Assembly (NCBI GenBank): GCA_051294375.1
Contig: CM119266.1
Location: forward strand, 18,098,087-18,162,086
Source: Paraspadella gotoi
Taxonomy: Eukaryota; Animalia; Chaetognatha
DNA: 64,000 bases
Direction: 5' to 3'
Shown: positions 42,101 to 54,838 of the stretch, piece after piece
Position numbering within the stretch: the stretch's first letter is position 1
Layout: each line of letters starts with the position of its first letter
Notes under the pieces: generated by a model
What the model was told of the DNA's origin: nothing
Database searches by the model: none
What the model saw: only the letters and a program-made list of their open reading frames with translations
Program-made: the position numbers and the translations under genes

Positions 42101-42550
42101 NNNNNNNNNNNNNNNNNNNNNNNNNNNNNNNNNNNNNNNNNNNNNNNNNNNNNNNNNNNNNNNNNNNNNNNNNNNNNNNNNNNNNNNNNNNNNNNNNNNN
42201 NNNNNNNNNNNNNNNNNNNNNNNNNNNNNNNNNNNNNNNNNNNNNNNNNNNNNNNNNNNNNNNNNNNNNNNNCTTAGCATTTCTCTTCTCTTCCTCAAAA
42301 ACAAAATTAACATCCACTTTTCGCTTAAAATTTCAAAATAAACAAAAAAGTTTCGCTAATAATTTTTTTCAGAAGTGCGAAAAAGTATTACAGCCGGCGC
42401 TCGTTATAACGAATCGGGATATGGGAATCCGTTTCTCGTTAAAACAACGTAGCGCTGTACTTTTTTAGGGAGGGAAAGGAAAAGATGAAAGATGTTAGTT
42501 GGGAAATGAGAGATTTTTTGGGGCTTCCGTTTTTCTTTCTTTCTTTCATA

Positions 42551-42584
<34 letters not shown>

Positions 42585-43908
42585 GTCTTTCTTTCTTTCT
42601 TTCTTTCTCTTTTTTCCTAGCTTTCTTTCTAACTGGTACTCTTAAATTCTGTTCTTACTTTCTTTCTATCTCTCTTTTTTGCTTCTTCTATTTCCGTCTG
42701 TCTTTCTATCTTTGTTTGTTTCCTACTTTCTTTCTTGCTTTCTTTCCAACCATGGGGCAGTCGATGTATTTTTCTCCTCTTGAGTTTTTTCAAATCGCAA
42801 AGAAGTTTGAAAATAGGGAAGGAGAGAGGAAGAAGGGCAGAAGGGTAGAAGGAGATAAGAGGGAGAGATCGAGGAAGAGAGGAAGAGAAAGAAGAATGGG
42901 TGGAAGAGGAAAGCAAAGAATAAAAGAAGGAAAAAAGTGTAAGTTAATTGTTGTGCTCAAAGATGAAGAAGGAAAGGAAAGGAGAGGGAAACAGAGAGGA
43001 AATAAAACGAAAGGGAACTTATCTTTGAATATAAAATAAGATTGTTTAATCTCATTTGCATATTGGAGCATTCAATATTACTTGGAATAATTTCCATCTT
43101 CATTTTCAACTTATTTTAAAATGTGTGACTAAAGTCTCAAAATTTCATTCACTGTTTTAAAGCTGGTGACGGCAGGAGTAAATGTAGATTGAAAGTTTAA
43201 TTTCTAAACTCAAACTAAAAATGAAACTAATTAATTGTTGGAATGACATCGTATGTCCAGGTTATCGAGTATTTCATTTGTGAGTGTTACAAGCGTAATT
43301 TTTTTCTTTCTCTCGCGTTTCTACAAATACAATTTAGTTTACACTATAGAAATACTATAGTCTAATATATTAGAAATTTTCCTGGGTTGAGATCCGGTTT
43401 CTTAAAAAAGTAATTGTCTATATTGCGAGCTAGAAAGAGGGCACATTATCTGTAAACTACCTCTTTCAGTTACAACGATTTTTGTTGTTTTATGAAAAAG
43501 TAATAATTTGTCAAAAACGTAGTTTACATCACTGGCCTAAAGACTCATTTTTGTTTTAAATATTCAATATTCTATTTCTTTCTTTTCTTTTTTTCTCTAT
43601 TACTTATAGGATTGCCTTGAAAAAAATTGTTTCCATGCAAACCGAAATATTGACAAGAAAAAAAATATGAATAATTGCGCTTGTAAAACCTACTAAGAAA
43701 CTCTAGACAAATAGGAAACTAATTATTAGTTTAAAAATGTTTTCAGTTTTCAAAAACGTCTGTCACTTTTTTGATATTCAGATCTAATCATCGGTAATAT
43801 CTTATTAACGTCGTCGTCATAATTTTTGGTTATTTTCCGTTTGATGGATGCGACTAGAGTTGGACTGGCAGCGTCGTCGTAGTGATTGAGTCGTCCTGGT
43901 GAGGCCGC

Positions 43909-43939
<31 letters not shown>

Positions 43940-44374
43940 AGACAGAGAGAGAGACGAGAGAGAGAGAGAGAGAGGAGAGAAGAGAGAAGGAGATATAGAT
44001 AGAAACGCGTTCACCGGTGCGAAGTTTAATCCGGTGTTAGATCGAAGATGCTGATGTGAAGTAGACAAATTTTGAGAAAATTTAAAACAAAGAGATGATA
44101 TAAATACCTGGATGGTTCACAGACGAAATTCCCCTATCACTCTCTCTCTCTCCCCCTCTCTCTCACTCTCTTTCTCTCTCTCTCACACTCCCTTCAATTT
44201 TTTATTCTCTCTCTCTCTCTCGTCTCTCACTTTCCCTCTCCTCCTACTCCCTCTCCCTTCAGTTTTTTCTCCCCTTCTCTCTCTATCTCTCTCTCCTCCC
44301 CTTTCATGCTTTTCATGAGAACGGATTTTGGGGGAGAAATTCGATTCAAGGTTGACTCCAACTCATTTGGGAGA

Positions 44375-44411
<37 letters not shown>

Positions 44412-44447
44412 CTTTCACCTTTTTTTTTACGTATTTCTCGTCCGTTC

Positions 44448-44501
<54 letters not shown>

Positions 44502-47500
44502 CTCTTCTCTCTCTCTCTCTGCGCTTTTTTCAAAATTTTTCGCCTGCTGCATCGAACGACATCAAATTATCTGTCTGTCTGACACTCCGACTGACGCCAA
44601 AATTATTCCTGTCTTTGCTCGCACAGGCCATCAAACGTTTATAAAATAATCGTTTTCCGACGTCAACCAGGCATTTATGACAAAATTATGTCTATAAATG
44701 AGAATGACGAACGAACGAATTAAAGACGACTTATTAATATTAAATTCAAGTGATTCGTAAAAAATCTACTAACTGTCGAAATCGCGTGCAAAAAAGAACT
44801 ACGGCGGGGACTTAATCTTTTTAATATATCGAACTTATTTCATTAAAACCAAATTATTATTTCTAATTAAGAGATTGCAGTCATTTTGATTTTTACCCTT
44901 TTTTTTTAAAAATAATTCAATAATCAATATTTTTTATCCATTTTATATCTTAAAATAAGAACAAAATCTTTCTTTCTTTGTTTCTCTCTCTTTCCTTTCT
45001 TCTCGATAAAAAATCTTTGTAAATCAAAAATCTGCTAATAATTTGAATTGCATTCTCTGAATACGAATTCTTTGCCTCGTACTTGTGAGACTCATAGAGG
45101 TAGACAGAGAGAAGAGATGAGAGGAGAGGAAGGAGGGCGGGGACAGGAGTCGGGACGCCTAGGGAGAGATGAGGAGAGTGAGAGAGAGTGGACGGACAGA
45201 GGGAGGAGAGAATGGGTGAGAGAGAGGACGAGAGGAAGACTGGAGGGAGGGGGAGGGAGGGAGAGAGAGAGGAGCAGAGGTCGGGGAGAGGAGGAGGAGA
45301 TGGTGAGTTAGGGGAGTCAGAGAGAGAGATGAGAGGAGCGGAAGAGGGAGGGAGAGGAGAGAGAGAGAGAGACGGGGAGGAGAGAAAGAGTAAGAAAGAA
45401 CAGATGGTATTAGACAAAAAAGTTGAAAACTTTAGAAAGAAGAAAAGAATTTTGGATACTGCCGGCGAAAGTGCAAGAAAGAAATGAAAAGAAAGAAAGA
45501 GAAGAAGAAGAAAGACAAGAAAAGGCGAGGGGAAAGAAAGAAAAAAAGAAAGAAAAGAAAGAAGCTTTAATTTTTGAAATATAAAAAACAAACTGACCGA
45601 AAAGAAAGAAATCAAGGAAGAGTTGAGTTTTGTTTTTGAAAAATTATTCGACATTTATGATGTAGTTTTGAAGGCGAAATTAACTTTTAGGCTTTCAACG
45701 AATTTTCTGGGAAAAACTGCTTTCCACTACCTTGATGGTAGGAAATGAATATTTATTTATTTTATCATTTGTATTTTATTATGTAATGAAGTCTTTTCCC
45801 TTAAATTCGTGAAAGTTTTTAGAAATGAGAAGTCAATGAGATTTATCAAATATCAATATATCATTGCTCTTTTAAATTGAAATAACACCCGAAAGTTAAA
45901 AAAAAAAAAGTTTCCCAAATTTTACGAAGATCAACTTTGTTTTCGATGGAAAATCGAATTAAAAAAAAACTGCAAGATTCAAATCATTTCCTCTTAATTT
46001 CTTCATCCTCTCCATTTTATCCCATTTATTTCTTTACATTTCTTAAAGTATTTTTTTTAAACACCACTGTTTCTATTCCCTCGGCCCTGTAATTATTCTT
46101 TGCTTTCTTTATATTTTTAAATTTTTGGGGTTTAATTTTATCTTTCACCTTTTCTCTCTTTTTCCTCTTTGTTAATTTCGTTCAACTTCGGGCGATTATA
46201 TACTTACCTTCTTTTACAAATTATTCATATTTAAAATACTATAAAATTAGTGCCCAATAAATAATAAAAAAAATATCAATCCAGACAGGCTTTGGTCGCG
46301 CTTCAGGACCCTCATTACCTTAACTTATTAATATAATGACATAGCAGTCGTCTGAAAACTTTCCATCAAGACTCTCTTAAAGTCGAGTTTATTAGCTCAA
46401 AGAGCACTTTGCCTACGGTATCAATTTGATGCGGATGATGTGGTATAACATTTTTGACAGACTGTTTTCAATTTTATTAAAAGAAAACCTCTCCTCCTAG
46501 TACTTAAATCACGGGAATTATATTATTCTTCCCCTTGTTTTTAATATACCTTCGTTTAACTCAACCCAATGACCAATCTTATCTTCCCACATTCTTTTCC
46601 CCTTCTCTTTTCAGAGCTTACGGCGGCGCCTATCCCTCTCCCATGAGCGGCGCTTATGGGCGGGCGGCCATGGGGTCAAACTCCTACAATGAACTCGATC
46701 CAATCAGCGGTCGCCAACGGGCAGCCGGGCAACGCCGGCCATTGATTGGCGTCCATGTAACGGACCAGGGTCAGTTTCCTTGGCGACGAAAAAAAAAAAA
46801 AAAAATTAAGCTAAATACATTTTTTTTTTGTAAGATTTAAAACAAACCTGAACTATATTACTAATTTAATATAAACGTATGTGCTGCGAAGGGATAAAGG
46901 CCTACTCATAGCATGACCAAATTTGATCATTTTTCCCAAACGTCAAGGAAGCGAGATAGGTTTAAATAATTAGTTGAAAATTCATGAAAATTTTTGGTAT
47001 TTTTTGTACTTATCATTAAAATTACTCATGAAAAAAAAAAACAGGCACAGGGAAAGCCCGAATAACAACTACTACAACCCTAAGGAACAAAAACGACAAC
47101 AACAACAAACAAGAACTGGATCGAGATTAGATTGTAGAAAAAATTTTAGACAAAAAAGAGGAAAAAAAAAAAGATGGGGTGTGTCGACGATAAAGGTTGT
47201 TTTGAGCGGTGGGGTGGAGAATTGGGTGTGTGGGTGAGTCGAGATCCCAGAACACAGGGCGGGGGCAAGAGCGGGGTGAAAGAAAGATCCACCCCCCGAA
47301 GCGAAAAGAAAAGGATGATAATATTCTCATCTCCCACACAATTTCTTCTTTACTTTTTATTTTTGAAATCTTGACGATATTTTTTTTTTTCCTTATCTCC
47401 ATTTCATATCTTTAATTCTCACCGAATTTAAAAACGGATAGCCGTTTTTCGCACGCGAACGACGACCAGTGAGCGACGCCTCTTAATTAATGTATTTATT

Positions 47501-50500
47501 TTTTTTTAGATTGTTCATCGTTTATGAACTCTATGGTTCGTTTCGCTTGTTCGCTTGTTCGCTTGTTCGTTCGTTCGTTTCATTTCGTCGTTTATCTTTT
47601 AGTCTAATCCATTCCATAATTCATTCTATTTCATATGATTTTTTTCTTTAGGGTCTGCTCACTGATTTCATTATTTCAAACCATGTTAATGAATTAATAA
47701 ATCAATCAATGACAATTCAATTGACAGCTCTACCTCTCCGCCGGTGCCACCCTCACTGCCTACGGCACACCTACAATCCCTCACATCATCACGCCATGCG
47801 GAGACAGACATGGTGAAACGCCGCCTTTACTCTTACATCGCCCTCATCGCTATGGCGCCAGTTACACAGGTGAGGACATGGGCAAAGTGACACGGAGATT
47901 TGAGAAGGCTTTTGAAGTATAGACATTCGTGAAGACTGAAGAAAGACATGTGAAGTTTTAAGTGAGAGCATGGTGAGAGACAGGTTGAAATGTGTTTGAG
48001 GGAAAAAACATGCGCAGAAAAACCTTTTATGGGTAAATAAAACTTGACGGTCAATTTTTTTATTGTTAAATAGGGAGGGAGGAGGAGAAGAATATTGCCA
48101 GAGAGAGAGAGAGAGAGGAGAGAGAGAGGAGATGAGAGAGAGAGAGATGAGGAGAGGAGAGAGGAGGAAGGAGAGAGAGAGATAGAGAGAAAGAAAGAGA
48201 AGAGAGAGATGAGATATCCTAGATGTCTGCTGAGAGACGAGAGAGAGACGAGAGAGGAGGGCAGACGAGAGATGAGAGAGAGAGAGAAGACGAGGAAAGA
48301 GAAGAGAGAGAGAATCCTAAGATGTTGCCTTTGAGAGTAGAGCAGAGAGAGGAGAAAGAGAGAAGTAGAGAGGAGAGAACCTCCTTAGATAGTGTTGCCT
48401 GACGATGAGAGAGAGAGAGAAAGAGAGAGAAGATCGTAGAGAGAGAAGAGGATGATGAGGGGGCTCGATCCTTAGATGTTGCCCTGAATTACTTCCCAAC
48501 TTTTTGTTTAGCAGCAAAAGAGTCTTCGCCTGCTAAACATTTATTCAGTAATCTTGGAAATCCACCCTCAAGGATCGAAATCTGGGGGCTGGCACATTTT
48601 TCAGGGTTGCCCCCAAAAGAACGAGAGAGAGAGAGAAGAGGAAGAGACTAGGATGAGAGAGAGAGAGAGAGAGCGAGAGAGATGAGACGAGAGAGAGAGC
48701 AGGAGAGAGAGAGAGTAGAGAGAGTCTGTAGCATTTTCTCTTTCTCTTCCTCAAAGAAACAAAATTAAACATCCACTTTTCGCTTTAAAATTTCAAAATA
48801 AACAAAACAAAAAAGTTTCGCTAATAATTCTTTCAGAAGAAGTGGCGAAAAAAGTATTACAGCCGCCGCTCGTTTTATAACGATTGGATATGGCGAATCC
48901 GTTTCTCGTTAAAACAACGTTAGCGCTGTACTTTTTTAGGAAGGTGAAAGCGAAAAGATGAAAGATGTTAGGTTGGAAAATGAGAGATTTTTTGCGGCTT
49001 CCACGTTTTTCTTTCTTTTCTTTCATACTTTTCTTTCTTTCTTTCTTTTCTTTCTTCTTCTTCTTTCTTTCTTCTTTCTTTCTTTCTTTTCTTTCTTTCT
49101 GTCTTTCTTTTCTTTTCTTTCTTTCTTTTTTTTCCTAGCTTTCTTTCTAACAGGTACTCTTAAATTCTGTTTCTTACTTTCTTTCTATCTCTCTTTTTTG
49201 CATTCTTCTATTTCCGTCTGTCTTTCTATCTTTGTTTGTTCCTACTTTCTTTCTTGCCTTTCTTTCCAACCCCATGGGGCACGATTTGTTATTTTTTCTC
49301 CTCTTGAGTTTTTTCAAATTCGCAAAGAAGTTTGAAAATTACGGGAAGGAGAGAGGAAGAAGGGCAGAAGGTAGAAGGACGATAAGAGGGGCAGAGATCG
49401 AGGAAGAGAGGAAAAGAGAAGCAAGACAATGGGGTGGAAAGAGGAAAAGCCAAAGAATAAAAGAAGGAAAAAAGGTGTTAAGTTTAATTGTTTATGCTGC
49501 TCAAAAGATGAAGAAGGAAAAAGAAAAGCGCGAGAGGGAAACACTGAGACGAAATAAAACGAGTAAGAGAGAGACAACTTATCTTTATAAATATATAAAA
49601 TAAGATTGATATATAATCTCTAATTTGGCATTATTGGTAGCATTCAATATTATGGAATAATTTCCATCTTCATTTTCAACTTTATTTTAAAATGCTTGTG
49701 ACTTAAAGTCTCAAATTTCATTCACTGTTTAAGCTGGTGACGGCCAGGAGTAAATGTAGATTGAAAGTTTAATTTCTAAGACTCAAACTTAAAAATGAAA
49801 CTAATTAATTGTTGGAATGATCATCGTATGTCCAGGTTATCGAGTATTTCATTTGTGAGCTGTTACAAGCCGCTAATTTTTTTCTTTCTCTTTACGCGTT
49901 TCTTACAAATAAATTTAGTTTAACACTATAGAAATACTATAGTCAATATATTAGAATTTCCTGGGTTTGGAAGATACCGTCCGCGCTTTCATTAAAAAAG
50001 TAATTGTCTATATGCGAGCTAGAAAGAGGGCACATTATCTGTAAACTAAACTAAAACGATTTTTTGGTTTTTAGAAAAAAGTAATTTAATTTTGTCCAAA
50101 AAAACGTAGTTTACATCACTTGCCTGAAAGACTCATTTTTGGCCCTCCTTTAATATTCAATATTCTATTTTTCTTTCTTTTTCTTTTTTTCTCTATATTA
50201 ATATATTACTTATAGTTGCCCCTTGAAAAAATTTTTTTACCATGACAAAACCGAAATATTGACAAGAAAAAAAATTATTTGAAAATAGCGCCTTGGTAAA
50301 ACCTACTACAGAAACTCGAGACCATAGATGGAAACTAATATTTTATTTCTTTTAAAAATGTTTTCAGCTTCTTCAAAAACTATTCTGTCACTTTTTTTGA
50401 TATTCCAGATACTTAATCATCGGTAACTATCTATTAACGTACCCGTCGTCATAATTTATTTGCGTTATTTTCCGCTTTGATGGATCGACTAGGAGTGACC

Positions 50501-51560
50501 TGCCACGTCGTCGGTATGCATTGAGTCGTCCACTGTGAGGCCGAGAGAGAGAGAGACGAGAGGGAAACAGAAAGAGAGATGAGAGAGATGAGAGACGAGA
50601 GAGAGAGGAGAGAGAGGCAGAGCAAGAGAGAGAAGAAGAGAGAGAGAGAGAAGATATATAATAGACGCGTTCACCAAGGTTGACGAAGTTAATCGGTTTT
50701 AGATTGAGATGGTGATGTGAAGTAGACAAATTTTGAGGAAATTTTAAAACAAAGAGATGATATAAATACCTGGATGGTTCACAGACGAAATTCCCCTTAT
50801 CACTCTCTCTTCTCTCCCCCTCTCTCTCTCCTATCACTCTCCTTTCTTCTCTCTCTCAACTCCCTTCAATTTTTTATTCTCTCTCTCTCTCTCTCTCTCT
50901 TTCGCCTCTCTCACTTTCCCTCTCCTCCTACTCCCTCTCCCTTCAGTTTTCTTCCCCTNNNNNNNNNNNNNNNNNNNNNNNNNTTTTTTTTAGTTTTTCA
51001 TTTTTGTGGATTTAATTTGTTTGAAAAAGTTGTGGGTATAAACTGAAAGGTATTTTTGAGGTAAAGCTGATAAAAATGTTTATCATAGTTACGTATATTT
51101 ATTTAGACACAGTATATCAGACAAAACCAGGTTCAAAATTTTTTTAAAATTTATAAATCCCTAACTATTCTTTGAAACAATACATGTTTCCCTCAAAATC
51201 CCAACCGAGTTTTTCTGATGTCCATGATTCTATAGTTTGGGTTTAAAACGTTACCTTCTCATGGCGTTTCCCTCATGGTGGGCTTGAAACCGGCAATGGG
51301 CTCCCTTACTTGAGATTCCCTTGCTCGGTTGAAACAACAAACGCAAGAAGCAGAAAATCAATTTTCACTCTCTTTCTCTCTCTCTCTCTCACTCACTCAC
51401 TCACTCTCTCTTTCTCTCTCTCTCTCAACAACCCATCGACTCCCTCTCCATCCTCCTTCTCCTCTTCTTCCTCCTCTTCCTTCTTACCCCAAGGCATTCC
51501 CCCACAAAATCGACTAATTGGAGAGAGAGTCGAGTTTGGAATGGAAAGCGCGCCTTTCAC

Positions 51561-51622
<62 letters not shown>

Positions 51623-54380
51623 AGAGAGAGAGAGAGAAAAGGATAAAATCGGCCCTTTCACGTGGAGAAGCGAAAAATGTGTTCCTTTGGAAAATTCGGG
51701 TGTGAAAAAAAAAAAATAGAAAAAAAGGAAAAAAAAAGAAAAAAAAAAGAAAAAAAGAAAAAAAAAATTCTTAAAAAAACCCAAGATTTATCGATGATGG
51801 ATGAAGAGAGAGAAAAAAGACGAATTATTAAAATAATAATAAAAAAATGATATCAAAATATGGATATATTTTTTAATCGCGCAGTCAGACGGACTACGAG
51901 GCTTGGCAGTGGGGGGGCGTGTTTCGTCAGAAAATAAATTATCGATTTGAGAAAATTTGATATTTTTTTCCAATTTGCGAAGAAAGAAGGAAAGACTAAT
52001 AAGTAATATTACTCATTGATTAATTGACTAATAAGTAATATTACTCATTGATTAAAGCCCGGTTAATCTGTTTATCGATTTAAACCCGGATGTAATTACC
52101 TCGGTGACCGAAGTCCGAATGTTGATATCTTAGGTTAGAACTTAATAAATAACTGTGCAATTGTAGGTCAGCGATTGAAACTGACTGAAACTATGATAGA
52201 CCGGATTTAATTTGCCCGAATGTAAATAACCCTGAATTATATACTGAATTTTGCTCAGCGTGTAGAGCCTAGTCGCGCATAACTACATAGCTTTATAATA
52301 CCCTCAGGCAGATATATTTAAGATTCTGACCGTCAGGAACGTTCATACGTTAGTATTGAAATAACTAAATTATTATATATATTTTTTTTAACAGAACGCC
52401 ACTGACAAACGGATCACCTTGAACGGCATCTATCAGTTCATCATGGACAGATTTCCGTATTACAGAGAAAACAAACAGGTGAGCAACGGCAGCAAGTCGA
52501 GCAACGCCAAAATATATAATTATTATCTGGACGTTATACGAATCAACGAATATAATAATAAATTATATTGATAAAAAAAAAATTAACACCCCCCTAACCA
52601 CTGTCCCCTTAAAAATCAGGGTTGGCAAAACTCCATCCGCCACAACCTAAGCCTCAACGATTGCTTCATCAAAATCGCTCGCGACGACAAGAAACCCGGC
52701 AAAGGGTCGTATTGGACTCTGGACCCGGAGTCTTACAACATGTTCGACAACGGAAGTTATTTGCGTCGTCGTCGTCGCTTCAAAAAGACGCACGGGGAGG
52801 ACGAGGCCACGCCCACGAAGGGAACCACCTCGACCAAGTGCAAGGTGGAAGTCAAGGCGGAATTGGATCTTCATCACGGAGACGATTTGGGTCAACAGCA
52901 GATGCAACATCAGATGCAGCTGCAGCAGCATCGAGACGCCGCCGCGGCGGCGGAGGGTCGAGATTTTCGACATCGATCGCCCGGCGCCGGATCGGCCGAA
53001 GACGACGACGAATCTATGGCAACGTCGTCTCTTGCGGCGTCGCTCGACGCCGGGGCGCCGCCACATCACCTCCACCAACGCCCTCAATCGGCGAAGATCG
53101 ACGACGGGCTTCCGCCTACGCAGCAGCGGCTGCCGGCGACGCAGCATCAGCTCCAGCATCAACAGCATAGGGCTGACGTCGACGGAGGAATTTCTTTACA
53201 TCATCAACATCATCCTCAACAACATCAACAACAACAGCAACATCATTTGAACGAAGATGCGTCGCAGGAAATGACTCAGAATAACAACAATTTTTCCGTT
53301 GAAAACATCATGACTTTGCGAAACGACGCCGGATCTGACCCAGTGGAAGCCGCCAACAGTGACGCCTCGGATTCGACGCCACCTCGCGACGCCGCTGTCG
53401 CCGTTGCCGCCGCAACAGGCGTCCCTCCGGCCGCGCTCAACGGCGCCCTGTCGCCACCGACGCCGCTGTCGGCCGCTTCGACCGACGCCGCCCGTCACGC
53501 GGCGTTCTACGCCACAACGCCGCCGTACGGACACCACGCCCACCCGCACACGCAGCTTCTGCCGGCGTCGATTCCGCCGTACGGACGAACGGCGCCCTAT
53601 GCGGCGGCGGCAGCGGCTTCAGTCGCGGCGGCGCAGCAAAATCATTCTCCGTCGCTGATGAACAATTCTTATCACAATTACTACGCTCAGTCAATGTTCG
53701 GAGGCGGGGTCGCCAGCGGCGGGGTCGACGTCAGGGCCGCCGCAGCCGCAGCCGCAGCCGCCGGTCATCACGGAGCCGCACCTCCTCCTCCACCACCTCC
53801 CCTCAATCTCTTGGACGGCGTCGTCGGTTCCCCATCAACCGGCGCCGTTTCTCCATCGTCGTCGATGCCGTCGCCGTCGTCGTCGTCTCATCTCGCGCCG
53901 CCACCGACGATGACGCCGCCGGATTCCGCTTCCGGTCTTCAAGGCGGCGTCGTTGGCGTCGACTACGCCGGCAGCGCCACTCTGCTAGCGGCAGCGGCTT
54001 CAGGTCGCGGTCCCGCGTCGTGGTACGGCGCCGGCGATCCTCATCATTCTCATCATCATCATCATCATCATCACAACGGCGCCGCTCCTCCTCATCACAA
54101 TCATCATCATCATCATCGATCCACTTTGACGCCGGTGACGCCGGGTTCGATGAATCCCGCGCCGGCGCCGGACCCCGCCACCCCCTATTTCGACGCAGCT
54201 CATCAGCGACTCCTGGCGGCGTCGCATCCGCCGCAGATTCCGTCACCGAATTCTCCCGCGGCGTCGGCGGCGTCGCACGCAGCTTCGCATGTGGCTTCGC
54301 ACGTAGCGCCGCATCACGCCTACTTCCGGTCGCCGAAAACCGGCGTCTCTTCTTTCGCTTTTGACTGCGGAAAGTATTAA
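21264..54380 (+). CDS. FoxC: Forkhead box C transcription factor, 5 coding exons (21264-21649, 40189-40327, 41256-41378, 52395-52478, 52620-54380), about 830 aa
   Basis: Exons join in frame at GT-AG sites (phases 2,0,0,0). The domain reads [19 protein letters not shown]|[28 protein letters not shown]|[56 protein letters not shown], typical of FoxC. Other FoxC hallmarks: N-terminal DQN..YYR|AYGG..SPM, eh1-like [13 protein letters not shown], and C-terminal FDCGKY. The start codon is the least certain part. Confidence 0.93.
26607..27773 (+). repeat. Direct duplicate of about 23665-24917 (probable assembly/gap-fill redundancy)
   Basis: Near-identical sequence ending AAAATATTGGCTGAGC in both copies; differences are mostly small indels; the first copy ends at an N gap. 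Confidence 0.85.
32245..33880 (-). repeat. Noisy inverted copy of about 37640-38915 (probable raw-read chimera)
   Basis: CGTCTTTAATTCGTTCGTTC (32588) mirrors GAACGAACGAATTAAAGACG (38619); GGGTTGACTCACTC (33449) mirrors GAGTGAGTCAACCC (37962); many scattered insertions. Confidence 0.85.
33880..37580. other. Unalignable strand-biased low-information sequence, probably base-calling noise
   Basis: G/T-rich then A/G-rich, no recognisable protein or repeat unit; sits between the arms of an inverted copy and ends at an N gap. Confidence 0.7.
40189..40327 (+). CDS. FoxC: FoxC exon 2 ([12 protein letters not shown]...ASMYDQ)
   Basis: Polypyrimidine tract plus CAG at 40188; donor GTCAGT at 40328; 139 nt keeps the frame. 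Confidence 0.85.
41256..41378 (+). CDS. FoxC: FoxC exon 3 (SYLSRG...[19 protein letters not shown]), start of forkhead domain
   Basis: [10 protein letters not shown] motif; acceptor GACAG at 41255; donor GTGAGG at 41379. Confidence 0.92.
44521..50958 (+). repeat. Indel-ridden tandem copy of 38453-44290, including frameshifted FoxC exons 2 (46615-46768) and 3 (47728-47869); probable artefact
   Basis: Collinear with the first copy over about 6 kb. Differences are mostly 1-2-nt insertions, equally in exons and introns. Ends at an N gap. Confidence 0.88.
52395..52478 (+). CDS. FoxC: FoxC exon 4 ([28 protein letters not shown])
   Basis: Forkhead helix 2; acceptor AACAG at 52394; donor GTGAGC at 52479. 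Confidence 0.94.
52620..54380 (+). CDS. FoxC: FoxC exon 5 ([13 protein letters not shown]... to FDCGKY*)
   Basis: Recognition helix and wings in frame with the 546-aa ORF 52740-54380; eh1 motif at 53292-53321; poly-Gln/Ala/His/Pro tracts. Confidence 0.95.
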   Translation, partial: GWQNSIRHNLSLNDCFIKIARDDKKPGKGSYWTLDPESYNMFDNGSYLRRRRRFKKTHGEDEATPTKGTTSTKCKVEVKAELDLHHGDDLGQQQMQHQMQLQQHRDAAAAAEGRDFRHRSPGAGSAEDDDESMATSSLAASLDAGAPPHHLHQRPQSAKIDDGLPPTQQRLPATQHQLQHQQHRADVDGGISLHHQHHPQQHQQQQQHHLNEDASQEMTQNNNNFSVENIMTLRNDAGSDPVEAANSDASDSTPPRDAAVAVAAATGVPPAALNGALSPPTPLSAASTDAARHAAFYATTPPYGHHAHPHTQLLPASIPPYGRTAPYAAAAAASVAAAQQNHSPSLMNNSYHNYYAQSMFGGGVASGGVDVRAAAAAAAAAGHHGAAPPPPPPPLNLLDGVVGSPSTGAVSPSSSMPSPSSSSHLAPPPTMTPPDSASGLQGGVVGVDYAGSATLLAAAASGRGPASWYGAGDPHHSHHHHHHHHNGAAPPHHNHHHHHRSTLTPVTPGSMNPAPAPDPATPYFDAAHQRLLAASHPPQIPSPNSPAASAASHAASHVASHVAPHHAYFRSPKTGVSSFAFDCGKY

Positions 54381-54838
54381 ACTTTAAAGACAAAAGATCA
54401 AAACATAAACAAACATAAATAAACATAAATAAACGAACTTGAAACAAAAACAACGGATTATTTTTAAACGGTTTTAAAAATACAGCGGTATTTCATGAGA
54501 TTTAAATCGGTCCGATTTTAATTGAAGCGAGGTTGATTATAAATAATGTATTAACTAATGGCATTAGTAATGCCTGAACTATGAACATTTGGCGAATGAA
54601 AGCTTTAAAAATCGGTCTTCTCATTAAATCGGTTTAGTCCTGTTTAATGAAAAGCTAATTCAGTTGAGTTCGTTTGAAAAATTAAAAATCAATATTTTTT
54701 TCGAATGACAATTTTAATATATCAACTATTTTTTTCGTTATGTTAAATACAATTTTATCGTCGTTATGAACGAATTCTACTGCTTTAGTTTTCTGTATTA
54801 AGCTTGAAACTCCCTTCCCCCCTTTCCCCGCTGACGTA

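Noticed and set aside
41550-42272. ORFs of X residues at 41375-42317 (also 18904-19326, 38053-38520)
   Set aside because: Assembly N gaps.
46615-47869. Alternative or mutually exclusive FoxC exons 2 and 3
   Set aside because: Multiple frameshifts inside a uniformly indel-rich duplicate bounded by an assembly gap.
48200-48490. CRISPR-like repeat-spacer array
   Set aside because: Spacers are (GA)n microsatellite, the context is eukaryotic, and there are no cas genes.
51918-51932. CTGACGAAAC on the minus strand as a second hammerhead
   Set aside because: The two core boxes overlap, with no helix II or helix I.
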